Shown here: one piece after another, positions 19,910 to 28,873 of the stretch
Numbering within the stretch: the stretch's first letter is position 1
Layout of the letters: each line of letters begins with the position of its first letter
Source: Methanococcus maripaludis
GTDB taxonomy: Archaea > AGJL01 > Methanococci > Methanococcales > Methanococcaceae
Length of the DNA stretch: 32,000 bases
Assembly (NCBI RefSeq): GCF_002945325.1
Contig: NZ_CP026606.1
Coordinates: forward strand, 1,682,919 to 1,714,918
Direction of reading: 5' to 3'
The notes under the pieces: model-generated
Databases searched by the model: none
Seen by the model: only the letters and a program-made list of their open reading frames with translations
Told to the model about the DNA's origin: nothing
Translations under genes and position numbers: made by a program

Positions 19910-21221
19910 ATTGGATTATGTAAATCCTCTAAAACTTTATGGTGTTTTAAGGGATGAAGGAAAATATCCAGTAATGCTTGAATCAAGAGCTAAAGGGCAG
20001 ATTAATGCAAGGTACACCTATATTTCTTCAAATCCCGAATATATGCTCAGAATTGGTAATAAAACCAAAATGGACAACGAAACGATTTCAAAAGAAAGCA
20101 ACCCTTTCAAAGCTTTAAAAGAAAATTTCAAAGTTACTCAAAAAGGCGACAGATTCACCGGCGGATACGTTGGATATATTGCATATGACTGTATCCATAA
20201 CTACATTGGTGGAAAAATCGAGGAACCTTCGGTATTTGGATACTATGACCACATGTATGTTTACGATCATGAAACAAGGAATTTTTACTACCATTCTGAA
20301 AATAACAACCCAGAAGAATTAAGAAATGCTGAATTAACTGTTGAAAAAGCAAAAAATTTCAAAATCGAAGAGGAAGACGGCGGAATTGAAGTTTTGGGTT
20401 GCGATGCGGACTTAGACGACTATGTAAAAATGGTTGAAAAAACTAAAGAATATATTTATGCAGGCGATGCTTTTCAGGTCGTTCCTTCAAGAGAATATCG
20501 CTTGAAAAATGAATTTTCTGCATTTCAATTGTATAGGAATCTTAGAAAAGTAAATCCAAGTCCGTACATGTTTTTGCTCGAATTTGATAAGGACGTTGTT
20601 GGAGCATCACCTGAAACAATGGCTTCGGTTCAGAATAATATCTTAAAAGTAAACCCTATTGCAGGGACTACTGCAATTGGAAAAACTGAAAGCGAAACTC
20701 AAAAATTGGCAGAAGCACTCTTAAAGGACGAAAAAGAGCGAGCAGAACACATGATGCTTGTTGACCTTGCAAGAAACGATGTCAGAAAAGTTTCAAAATC
20801 TGGAAGTATTGTGCTTGAAAGGTTTTTCGATGTTGTAAGGTACAGCCATGTTCAGCACATCGAAAGTGAGGTGCTTGGAACATTAAAAGACAATTCGACA
20901 ATATTTGATGCAATAGAAGCTGCATTCCCGGCAGGAACTCTAACCGGAGCTCCAAAATTCAGAGCAATGGAAATTATTGATGAAGTTGAAAAATCAAGAA
21001 GAAAAATTTACGGCGGAGCTGTAGGTTATTTCTCAAACAGCGGCAATGCGGACCTTGCAATTGGAATTAGAATGGCAGAAATTGACAGCGTTTGCAGAGT
21101 ACGAGCAGGCGGAGGGGTTGTTGCTGACTCAGTACCTGAAAATGAATACTACGAAACAGAGCGGAAAATGGCCGCAATGATGAAAGCACTGGGTGTTCAA
21201 AATGATAGTGATAATAGATAA
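19902..21221 (+). CDS. trpE: Anthranilate synthase component I
   Basis: Chorismate-binding C-terminal motifs (GTLTGAPK, GGAVGY). 8-nt overlap with trpD. Confidence 0.9.
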   Translation: MYKLDYVNPLKLYGVLRDEGKYPVMLESRAKGQINARYTYISSNPEYMLRIGNKTKMDNETISKESNPFKALKENFKVTQKGDRFTGGYVGYIAYDCIHNYIGGKIEEPSVFGYYDHMYVYDHETRNFYYHSENNNPEELRNAELTVEKAKNFKIEEEDGGIEVLGCDADLDDYVKMVEKTKEYIYAGDAFQVVPSREYRLKNEFSAFQLYRNLRKVNPSPYMFLLEFDKDVVGASPETMASVQNNILKVNPIAGTTAIGKTESETQKLAEALLKDEKERAEHMMLVDLARNDVRKVSKSGSIVLERFFDVVRYSHVQHIESEVLGTLKDNSTIFDAIEAAFPAGTLTGAPKFRAMEIIDEVEKSRRKIYGGAVGYFSNSGNADLAIGIRMAEIDSVCRVRAGGGVVADSVPENEYYETERKMAAMMKALGVQNDSDNR

Positions 21222-21798
21222 CAAAGATTCGTTTGTATGGAATTTGGCAGACTATGCATCGATTTATGATTCTGTAAAAGTTGTTCCAAACACGATTTCA
21301 ATTGATGAGTTAAAAAAATTGAATCCTGATGGAATAATTATTTCACCAGGTCCCGGAGCTCCAGAAAACAAAAGAGATGTTGAAAACTGTCCTGAAATTA
21401 TAAAAACTATGGATGTACCCGTTCTTGGAGTATGTCTTGGACACCAAACAATTGCACACATATTTGGCGGAAAAGTTGGAAGAATTCCTCCGGTTCACGG
21501 AAAATCAAGTTCTGTAACCCACGATTCAAAAGGAATCTTTAAAAATGTGAAAAATCCATTTACTGCTGGAAGATACCATTCTTTATCAGTTTTAAAAGTT
21601 CCTGAAAATTTTACAGTTACTGCAACGACTGATGACGGAACAGTCATGGGAATAAGGCATAATGATATGCCAATCGAAGGAGTTCAATTTCACCCTGAAA
21701 GTGTATTAACAGAATTTGAAGAAAAAGAAGGGCTAAAAATTATTGAAAATTTTGTGAAATTCGCTAAAACATATAAATCTTTTAAAAAGGAAATTTAA
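21202..21798 (+). CDS. trpG: Anthranilate synthase component II (glutamine amidotransferase)
   Basis: GVCLGHQ catalytic Cys and FHPES. ATG 21202 is preceded by GGGTG and overlaps the trpE 3' end by 20 nt. Confidence 0.9.
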   Translation: MIVIIDNKDSFVWNLADYASIYDSVKVVPNTISIDELKKLNPDGIIISPGPGAPENKRDVENCPEIIKTMDVPVLGVCLGHQTIAHIFGGKVGRIPPVHGKSSSVTHDSKGIFKNVKNPFTAGRYHSLSVLKVPENFTVTATTDDGTVMGIRHNDMPIEGVQFHPESVLTEFEEKEGLKIIENFVKFAKTYKSFKKEI

Positions 21799-21808
21799 GT
21801 GAAAAATC

Positions 21809-22444
21809 ATGTTCATAAAAATTTGCGGAATAAAAACTCCAGAAGAACTAAGAATAGTTGAAAATTACGGCAGCGCTACCGGAGTAATTTTAGAATGTGC
21901 TTCAAAAAGAAGAATTGGTTTTGAAACAGCAAAAAATCTTGTAAATTTATCGAATATTCCTGTATTTGCAGTTTCAACAACATTCGATATTTCAGTATGG
22001 GAAAATATTATTGAATTGACAGGTACGAACTATTTACAGATGCATTCGGATATCGACCAAAAAGCAATAGATTTCATTAAAAATGAGTACGGATGCTTTA
22101 TTATGAAATCGTTTAAAATTCCTGAAACAAGCGAATCACCTGAAATTGATGCTGAAAAAATTATTTCAGAAATTGAAACTTATGAAGTTGATAGAATTTT
22201 ATTGGATACTGGAAAAGGATGTGGGCAGATTCATGACCACAGAATAAGTCAAATGATTGCAAAAAAGTTTGACATTGTTCTTGCAGGGGGTCTTGATCCT
22301 GATAACGTATTAAAAATTGTAAAATCTGTAAAACCGTTTGGAGTTGACGTTTCAAGCGGAGTTGAGAATAATAATTCAAAGGACGAAGAATTGATAAAAA
22401 AATTTTGTGAAAATGTAAAATTAGGTGAAAATTATGAAATGTGA
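21809..22444 (+). CDS. trpF: Phosphoribosylanthranilate isomerase
   Basis: MFIKICGI N-terminus, [10 protein letters not shown]-terminal motif, and its position in the operon. Confidence 0.85.
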   Translation: MFIKICGIKTPEELRIVENYGSATGVILECASKRRIGFETAKNLVNLSNIPVFAVSTTFDISVWENIIELTGTNYLQMHSDIDQKAIDFIKNEYGCFIMKSFKIPETSESPEIDAEKIISEIETYEVDRILLDTGKGCGQIHDHRISQMIAKKFDIVLAGGLDPDNVLKIVKSVKPFGVDVSSGVENNNSKDEELIKKFCENVKLGENYEM

Positions 22445-23618
22445 AGGATACTTTGGAGAATACGGCGGGCAGTTTATCCCTGAAGTTTTGATGCCTGCAA
22501 TCGACGAGCTTAAAGAAGCATATTTTGAATTGAAAGATGATGAAGACTTTCAAAATGAGCTTTCCTACTATTTGAAAAATTATGCAGGACGTGAAACGCC
22601 GCTTTACTATGCTGAAAATTTGACCAAAAAGCTTGGCGGTGCAAAAATTTACTTAAAAAGGGAAGATTTACTTCACGGAGGGGCTCACAAAACTAATAAT
22701 ACTATCGGTCAAGCGCTGCTTGCTAAAAGAATGGGTAAAACAAGAATAATCGCAGAAACCGGTGCAGGACAGCACGGTGTTGGAACTTCAATGGCTGGAG
22801 CATTGTTTGGACTTGAAACTGAAATTTTCATGGGAAGACTTGATACCGAAAGGCAGCAACCAAACGTATTTAGAATGAAACTTCTCGGTGCAAAAGTAAC
22901 TCCTGTTGATACAGGTTCAAAAGTTTTAAAAGATGCGGTAAACGAAGCAATGAGGAACTGGACTGCAACATTTGAAAACACGCATTATTTAATGGGAACT
23001 GTTATGGGGCCACACCCTTTCCCAACGATTGTTAGAGATTTCCAGTCTGTAATTGGAAAAGAAGTTAAAAAACAAATAATGGAACAGGAAGGAAGACTTC
23101 CAGATCACTTGGTTGCATGTATTGGTGGTGGAAGTAACGCACTTGGTTTATTCCATGCATTTATTCAAGATAAAGACGTTAGAATGGTTGGAATTGAAGC
23201 TGCGGGAAAAGGACTCAACACAAGCCTTCACGGAGCCTCCATTTCAAAAGGAAAGAAAGGAGTTCTTCACGGAATGCTTTCATACTTCTTACAGGATGAA
23301 GATGGCCAAATTGAAGAAGCATACAGTATATCAGCAGGATTGGACTATCCTGGAATTGGCCCAGAACACGCATATTTACACGATTCTGGAAGAGCAGAAT
23401 ATGCATCAGCAACTGATGATCAGGCATTAAGCGCATTCATGGAACTTACAAGAAGTGAGGGAATAATTCCAGCTTTGGAATCATCACACGCGGTAGCTTA
23501 CGCAATTGAAAATGCCGGAAACATGGATAAAGATGAAATAATGGTCATAAACCTTTCAGGAAGGGGCGACAAGGATTTAAACACCGTAATTGACATCATG
23601 CAAAAAAGAGGGATGTAA
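22434..23618 (+). CDS. trpB: Tryptophan synthase beta chain
   Basis: HGGAHKTNN (PLP lysine) and GGGSNA. ATG 22434 is preceded by GGTG and overlaps trpF by 11 nt. Confidence 0.95.
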   Translation: MKCEGYFGEYGGQFIPEVLMPAIDELKEAYFELKDDEDFQNELSYYLKNYAGRETPLYYAENLTKKLGGAKIYLKREDLLHGGAHKTNNTIGQALLAKRMGKTRIIAETGAGQHGVGTSMAGALFGLETEIFMGRLDTERQQPNVFRMKLLGAKVTPVDTGSKVLKDAVNEAMRNWTATFENTHYLMGTVMGPHPFPTIVRDFQSVIGKEVKKQIMEQEGRLPDHLVACIGGGSNALGLFHAFIQDKDVRMVGIEAAGKGLNTSLHGASISKGKKGVLHGMLSYFLQDEDGQIEEAYSISAGLDYPGIGPEHAYLHDSGRAEYASATDDQALSAFMELTRSEGIIPALESSHAVAYAIENAGNMDKDEIMVINLSGRGDKDLNTVIDIMQKRGM

Positions 23619-24395
23619 ATGAATAAACCAGTGTTAGTCAGTTTTTTAGTTTCTGGAGATCCAAATCCAGATGCAACATTGAAATTTATGAAAACACTCG
23701 ATAAATATTCGGGAGTAATTGAACTAGGAATCCCGTTTAGCGACCCTGTTGCAGATGGGCCAACAATTCAGGCAGCAGATGTAAGGTCTCTATCTAATAA
23801 ATTTAAAATTTCTAAATCATTTGATATATTGAAAGAATTTAGAAAAGAATCAAGTACTCCTGTAATTTTGATGACATACTACAATCCTGTATTTAAAAGA
23901 GGAATTGAAAACTTTGTAATTCAAGCAAAAGAAGCAGGTGCAAATGGACTTATTATTGTTGATTTGCCACTTCAAGAAGCAACAGAATATCGAGAAATCT
24001 GTAAAAAACACGAAATGGGAACGGTATTTCTTGCAGCACCAAACACTCCAGAAGAACGTTTAAAAATATCTGATGAAGCAAGCACTGAATTTTTGTACCT
24101 TATTTCAACTTTTGGAATCACAGGTGCAAGGGATACCTTCGAACAGATGACATTTGATTTTATTAAACGAGCAAGAACAACTTGCAAAGGAAAAATCTGC
24201 GTTGGATTTGGAATTTCAAAAGGAAGTCATGCAGAAAGTTTAATTGAACAGGGTGCTGATGGAGTAATTGTTGGAAGTGCATTTGTAGATATTATTAAAA
24301 ATTATGGGGATTCAGAAGAAGCACTTGTTAAATTAGAAGAACTTGCAAAAGAATTAAGTGAAGGAATCGATAAAGGATACGGAAAAAGAAAATAA
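23619..24395 (+). CDS. trpA: Tryptophan synthase alpha chain
   Basis: [15 protein letters not shown] motif. The ATG abuts the trpB TAA stop. Confidence 0.9.
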   Translation: MNKPVLVSFLVSGDPNPDATLKFMKTLDKYSGVIELGIPFSDPVADGPTIQAADVRSLSNKFKISKSFDILKEFRKESSTPVILMTYYNPVFKRGIENFVIQAKEAGANGLIIVDLPLQEATEYREICKKHEMGTVFLAAPNTPEERLKISDEASTEFLYLISTFGITGARDTFEQMTFDFIKRARTTCKGKICVGFGISKGSHAESLIEQGADGVIVGSAFVDIIKNYGDSEEALVKLEELAKELSEGIDKGYGKRK

Positions 24396-24421
24396 CTACA
24401 AATTAATTGCGAAATTAAAAA

Positions 24422-25642
24422 TTAAAAGAACTTATCAAGGGTGGCCTGCCTTTGATTGCTCTTTAAAATCTTACTTTCTGTTTCATAGTCTTTCATTGGA
24501 ACATCGAGGTATTTTTTTATCTCTTCAAGTGCAGATTTTAAATCATTAAATTTGCCAAGCCTGTTTTCCATTGCAAGCCTTACGCCAGTTCGAATCTGCC
24601 ATACTCCAACTGGGGCATAATATTCCGGAGTAATTTCTCGAAATACTAGTATTTTCGCCTGTTTTTTTCGTTTTTTAAGGTATTCCAAAACACTTAGTCG
24701 GCCTGCATAAAATGCACCTGTTATTTTATTGGCATATCCTTTCATTCCCGTAATATCTTCAAAGTCCCCTAAAATCTGGTAGTTTTCACCGCTGAAAAGG
24801 GAACCTTTAAGCCAAACTTCAAGCATTTCAAAGGCATACAGATCTGGAACCAAAAGAACTGCATATCTATTCCCGAGGAAATTTTTAAAGTACACTTCGT
24901 AGTCATTAATCTGGTTATTTTCCAATATTTTTTTCTTTACGTGCTTTCCAAGCAAATCCTGTGCCGCAGTTATGCTCCATTTTGTTGGAACGAGTTTTTT
25001 ATTTATTCCAAGGAGCCCTGTTGAAAGAAGTTTTATTATGTAGTACTCATCAAATCCCGAATCGTAAAGTGAAATCATCCCCTCATTCGCCTTTAAATCA
25101 TCACCTACGATATAATCGGATTTTCGGGGGATTTTCGGGTTTTCTGCAAGTCTGAATTTTAACATGCTTTCTCGTGGGCCGACAGGGGGCGTAAATCCAC
25201 CAGTTATTAATTCAAGTTTTGGGGCTTTTTTAAGTTCAATTTCACTATCAACAGGTTTATTCGCCATTGCAAGTTCCTGAATGTTGTTTAATAACTTTGA
25301 ATTTTTATTCACTGAAACATTTGCATTAGTTTCGCCCATAACAAGCATTGAACGGTATTCCATAATTTCAGGAATTGTAATATTGTCCCATCGACTGGGA
25401 TCATCCATAAAAGAAGTATCCCCTTCCACAGGTGGAACCATTGGTCCAATCCTGACGTTTGGGTATTCAAATTCTCCAACAAAAACGGATGGGGGGGACG
25501 CTCCAAAAATTTCTTTTTTATTTATTTTTGATTCAACTGATTTTGCAACCCTAAATTTTTCAAGTATTGGGCACCTTGGCCTTCCGCAAAGATGTTTCCT
25601 ACCCTTACAAAGAGCGCATGTTTTTGACCTGAAAAGTTCCAT
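24422..25642 (-). CDS. Nre-family archaeal DNA-repair protein (DUF650/DUF651 type) with a C-terminal PIP box
   Basis: N-terminal Cys cluster CALCKGRKHLCGRPRCP typical of Nre proteins, plus the C-terminal QATLDKFF. Confidence 0.7.
   Translation of the reverse strand: MELFRSKTCALCKGRKHLCGRPRCPILEKFRVAKSVESKINKKEIFGASPPSVFVGEFEYPNVRIGPMVPPVEGDTSFMDDPSRWDNITIPEIMEYRSMLVMGETNANVSVNKNSKLLNNIQELAMANKPVDSEIELKKAPKLELITGGFTPPVGPRESMLKFRLAENPKIPRKSDYIVGDDLKANEGMISLYDSGFDEYYIIKLLSTGLLGINKKLVPTKWSITAAQDLLGKHVKKKILENNQINDYEVYFKNFLGNRYAVLLVPDLYAFEMLEVWLKGSLFSGENYQILGDFEDITGMKGYANKITGAFYAGRLSVLEYLKKRKKQAKILVFREITPEYYAPVGVWQIRTGVRLAMENRLGKFNDLKSALEEIKKYLDVPMKDYETESKILKSNQRQATLDKFF
24425..24448 (-). other. 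PCNA-interacting peptide (PIP box) QATLDKFF at the extreme C-terminus of Nre
   Basis: Matches Q-x-x-[LIM]-x-x-[FY]-[FY]; the codons were read directly. Confidence 0.6.
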
Positions 25643-25854
25643 AAAATCCCTTTGAAATTTTTAAATTACATTTTTTCAAATTTATCCATATTTGGGCTTT
25701 TTTTACAAATAATACTTATGTATTCAATGAATTTAAACTTATTTTATGGATTTAGTAAAGTTTGAAAGATTTAGATATATTTGGGAATCTAGAAAGATAT
25801 ATAATATAAATTGAACAGATGTAAAGCTTCAACTTTAAATCATAAGGGGTTTTT

Positions 25855-26103
25855 ATGAATATAATCTATATTTTGATAGTGGGTTTAATTATCGGATATT
25901 TATTTAAAAGCAGTCTTGAAAAAGTCGATTTATCAAAACCAACAAATTTAGCACTTCTTCTTTTGATATTTTTTATGGGTGTGGAAGCTGGAAAAGTCGA
26001 TTTAAATGCATTTTCAACGTTTGTAGTTTCAATGGAATTTTCAGTCATTGTAATGGTTACAAGCCTCCTTGTGGCAGTATTTTTAGGGGGTAGGTTCAGA
26101 TGA
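25855..26103 (+). CDS. LysO/DUF340-family membrane protein, small N-terminal part (82 aa)
   Basis: Three hydrophobic helices. ATGA overlap with the next ORF. Together the two ORFs approximate a single-chain LysO (YbjE) exporter. Confidence 0.55.
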   Translation: MNIIYILIVGLIIGYLFKSSLEKVDLSKPTNLALLLLIFFMGVEAGKVDLNAFSTFVVSMEFSVIVMVTSLLVAVFLGGRFR

Positions 26104-26687
26104 ATTTTACAGTTTTGGTGTTAATTTTCCTAATTTTGGGATTTATTGTTGGACGAAGTATGGGAATTGACTTTGGAAATATGTATGAAATAATGCTTTA
26201 CATCCAGATTTTATTAATTGGAATTGATCTTGGAAAAAGTAGCGGTCTTAGGGGAGTTAAAAAAGTTGGAAAATTTGGTCTTTTACTTCCATTATTTACA
26301 ATCATCGGTTCATTAATCGGCGGAATAATTGCATCAATTGTTTTAAACATTCCTATAAAATATGCACTTGCAATTGCGTCAGGAATGGGCTGGTACAGTC
26401 TTTGTGGGCCAATTTTAGCAAAATATTCTGCAATTTATGGGGTAATGGGATTTTTGGTAAATCTTGCAAGAGAAGTTTTAACAATTATCGGCTATTCTTT
26501 TGTGATAAAAAAGTTTCCAAAAGATATGGCAATTACGCTTGGTGGTGGGACCAGCATGGATTCAACACTTCCAATAATCGTTAAATTTGGTGGAAAAGAC
26601 ATAATGATTCTTTCATTTGTACATGGCTTTATTTTGACGCTTTTAATCCCATTTATAACGCCGTTTATATTAATGCTTCCAATCTAG
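26100..26687 (+). CDS. LysO/DUF340-family lysine-exporter-like membrane protein, large part (195 aa)
   Basis: Polytopic protein with family-like segments (SGMGWYSL.GP, GG.TSMD.TLP). Confidence 0.6.
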   Translation: MNFTVLVLIFLILGFIVGRSMGIDFGNMYEIMLYIQILLIGIDLGKSSGLRGVKKVGKFGLLLPLFTIIGSLIGGIIASIVLNIPIKYALAIASGMGWYSLCGPILAKYSAIYGVMGFLVNLAREVLTIIGYSFVIKKFPKDMAITLGGGTSMDSTLPIIVKFGGKDIMILSFVHGFILTLLIPFITPFILMLPI

Positions 26688-26819
26688 AATTTTAAATTTT
26701 AATTCACCACTAATTTTTTTAAAAATTTTCAATGTGGTATAATACGATAAAATTACAATTTTAAAGTTTAAAAAAGTTTATTTTTGTTTAAAAATTAAAA
26801 AAAGGAAATATTCAATATA

Positions 26820-27569
26820 TTATTCCATGCTGACGTATTTATTTCCTTTTAAGATGTTTTCAGAATCAAGAGATATATCATACAAACTATTATTCAATGC
26901 GGTGTTTGCAATTATACTATTATTTGTAGAACCCATAATTCCCCATATTCCAAAATTGGTATTGTATGAAACTTCATTTGTAATGAATCTGTTGCAGTTG
27001 GAGCCTTGAATGTCCAATCCAGCTTGATAATTGTAGTTTACAATGTTGTTGACAACTTTGTTTCCTGTTGATAAATCTACAGATATGCCCCAGGTATTAT
27101 TGCATACGAAATTGTCTTCGATATTGTTATTATCTGAGTACCATGCCATAATACCATCCATATTGTCTGAAGCATTATTTTTAAGAATTTTACATTCAGT
27201 AGCGTTGTTAATCCATATCCCGGAACCAAATTTGGATATCTGCATATCTTTAATGGTTACCTTGGAACAGTCGTACACGTATACTCCTGAGTCACCCATC
27301 CAGCCCCAATAGATATCATCCCCTTCGAGGTAGTTTCCATTTCCATCCAGTATTACATCATCTGCGTTTATTGTTATCGCAGTGCCTATGATTCCCGATT
27401 GGGATATATTCAATAGATATTTCCCAGAATCATTTATTGCATAAGGTAATGAATTTATGTAATTAGTATTTGTTCCCTTTTCCCCACCTGCTGCAGCACA
27501 TGCAATTGACATACTCACAAATACTGCGAGAGCCAAGGCTATTAATGGTTTATAACCAATTTTAGTCAT
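26820..27569 (-). CDS. Secreted right-handed parallel beta-helix (PbH1/NosD-like) repeat protein
   Basis: Repeated '..N.I..N....GI.....S..N' turns. Start set at ATG 27569 (MTKIGYKPLIALALAVFV..) with a GGGGGTGA RBS; the track's upstream extension has no support. Confidence 0.7.
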   Translation of the reverse strand: MTKIGYKPLIALALAVFVSMSIACAAAGGEKGTNTNYINSLPYAINDSGKYLLNISQSGIIGTAITINADDVILDGNGNYLEGDDIYWGWMGDSGVYVYDCSKVTIKDMQISKFGSGIWINNATECKILKNNASDNMDGIMAWYSDNNNIEDNFVCNNTWGISVDLSTGNKVVNNIVNYNYQAGLDIQGSNCNRFITNEVSYNTNFGIWGIMGSTNNSIIANTALNNSLYDISLDSENILKGNKYVSME

Positions 27570-27865
27570 TTTTAATTCACCCCCATGGTTACAATTAGAT
27601 TTATCCGTTTTATAATATTTAAAATTAATTAAAAAACGATTATAACACTTTAATAGTTTAATAACCAATTTATAACATTATTGATCGAAAAATAAAAAAA
27701 TATAATCTATATTTGTATAAAATACTGGTTTTAAACGTAAATTTATTAAAAATATGCAGAAAATACCTCCTACCTCCGATTTAAATAATATCTTTCCCAG
27801 AGTATCAAAAATTAATTATACTGTTTTAAAAATAATGTTTAATATGGGTTTGTGGGGGGATTGTC

Positions 27866-28222
27866 GTGTACACTTATCCCGTATTATTATCCGTAATTTT
27901 TATGGTAATTTTTGCAGGATGCCAATCAGAAAAGCCATTGGGGGATTCTACAGTTACGTTTCAAAACGAAACAACAGCGGTAGTATTGATAGAGGATTTT
28001 TCGTATAAGCCTGCAGTTGTGACTGTGAAAGTTGGAACAAAAGTTACATGGGTACAAAAAGATAGTGTAAGGCATACTGTAACATCAAATGACGGAATAT
28101 TTGATTCAGGACTTCTTTCAGAAGGAATATCTTGGGAATATACATTCAATGAAGTAGGGACGTATAATTACTACTGTATACCCCATCCTTATATGGAAGG
28201 AACGGTTGAAGTGGTAGAATGA
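27866..28222 (+). CDS. Type-1 (blue) copper protein, amicyanin/plastocyanin-like cupredoxin, probable lipoprotein
   Basis: Candidate Cu ligands are His in VRHTV plus C-I-P-H-P-Y-M (an amicyanin-type C-x2-H-x2-M loop). The N-terminal signal ends in the lipobox-like FAGC. GTG start after GGGGGGAT. Confidence 0.8.
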   Translation: MYTYPVLLSVIFMVIFAGCQSEKPLGDSTVTFQNETTAVVLIEDFSYKPAVVTVKVGTKVTWVQKDSVRHTVTSNDGIFDSGLLSEGISWEYTFNEVGTYNYYCIPHPYMEGTVEVVE

Positions 28223-28440
28223 CTCCAGAAGCTTCGTTTAAACTGGTTTACTATACGGGATTTACCAATTTTTTATTTATTGTCCTGATTATTCTTTCTT
28301 GTAGATGCGGAACTTTTTTACCGCATTCCTTTAAAAATCTAAAAATTTATAAAATAATTTTTAAATATCACTGCTACTATTGGGCGTTATTTTTAATTTC
28401 TGTAGCACTCCATTCTTATGGGGTATATTCACTAAGATAA
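28219..28440 (+). CDS. Small two-TM membrane protein translationally coupled to the cupredoxin
   Basis: ATGA overlap at 28219-28222. Two hydrophobic helices with Cys/His clusters (SCRCG..PH, YHCYYW..LH). Confidence 0.5.
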   Translation: MTPEASFKLVYYTGFTNFLFIVLIILSCRCGTFLPHSFKNLKIYKIIFKYHCYYWALFLISVALHSYGVYSLR

Positions 28441-28453
28441 GGGGGTAGAAATT

Positions 28454-28717
28454 ATGGATAAAAAATTTTTTGAATGCAAAGTTTGTGGGGACATTCATCA
28501 GGGTAAAAATGGGCCAAATCCCTGTCCAACCTGCGGATCAAAAGATTCCCAAAATGAAATCAAAGGATATACGATTGTAAAAAAATTCAGTGAATGCAAA
28601 GTATGTCAAGATTTTCACTGGGGTGAAAAAGCTCCAAGTCCATGCCCAACGTGCATGACAAAGGACTCTTACGTTGAAATTACAAAAGAAGAGCTTCCAG
28701 AAAAACTTGGAATGTAA
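28454..28717 (+). CDS. Tandem rubredoxin-like (rubrerythrin C-terminal type) metal-binding protein, 87 aa
   Basis: Two copies of C-K-V-C-x-D-x-H-x-G-x3-P-x-P-C-P-T-C. GGGGGT RBS. Confidence 0.7.
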   Translation: MDKKFFECKVCGDIHQGKNGPNPCPTCGSKDSQNEIKGYTIVKKFSECKVCQDFHWGEKAPSPCPTCMTKDSYVEITKEELPEKLGM

Positions 28718-28746
28718 CTTTTCTTTTTTAAATTTTTTTATTTTTA
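28718..28746 (+). terminator. Oligo-T terminator after the cupredoxin/rubredoxin unit
   Basis: Successive T-runs directly after the TAA stop. Confidence 0.5.
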
Positions 28747-28780
28747 TATTATTTTAGTTTTAATATCGTTTTCAGCAAGT

Positions 28781-28788
28781 TTTATATA
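28781..28788 (+). promoter_or_regulatory. Consensus archaeal TATA box TTTATATA for the membrane-protein/XRE operon
   Basis: Perfect methanogen-type TATA 86 nt upstream of ATG 28874. Confidence 0.5.
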
Positions 28789-28792
28789 TTTT

Positions 28793-28859
28793 AATGTTAA
28801 CAATATCTAACATTGAGTTAGAAATAAGTAACATAATGTTTGAAATAATTAACAGTATT
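28793..28859 (+). promoter_or_regulatory. Operator-like array of TAACA(T) half-sites, including inverted repeats and a 21-bp imperfect tandem repeat
   Basis: AATGTTA-N8-TAACATT at 28793-28814. TAACA at 28798, 28808, 28829 and 28850, giving spacings of 10, 21 and 21 bp. The 21-mers at 28818-28838 and 28839-28859 match at 16/21. Confidence 0.45.
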
Positions 28860-28873
28860 TATGGTGATATTAC

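Noticed and set aside
27570-27668. 33-codon N-terminal extension of the beta-helix protein on the ORF track
   Set aside because: The internal ATG 27569 has a GGGGGTGA RBS and begins a classical signal sequence. The extension would bury the signal peptide.
27754-28008. 84-aa plus-strand ORF upstream of and overlapping the cupredoxin gene
   Set aside because: It is out of frame with the cupredoxin and has no SD. The cupredoxin's GTG 27866 has a strong G-rich RBS and yields a proper signal peptide.
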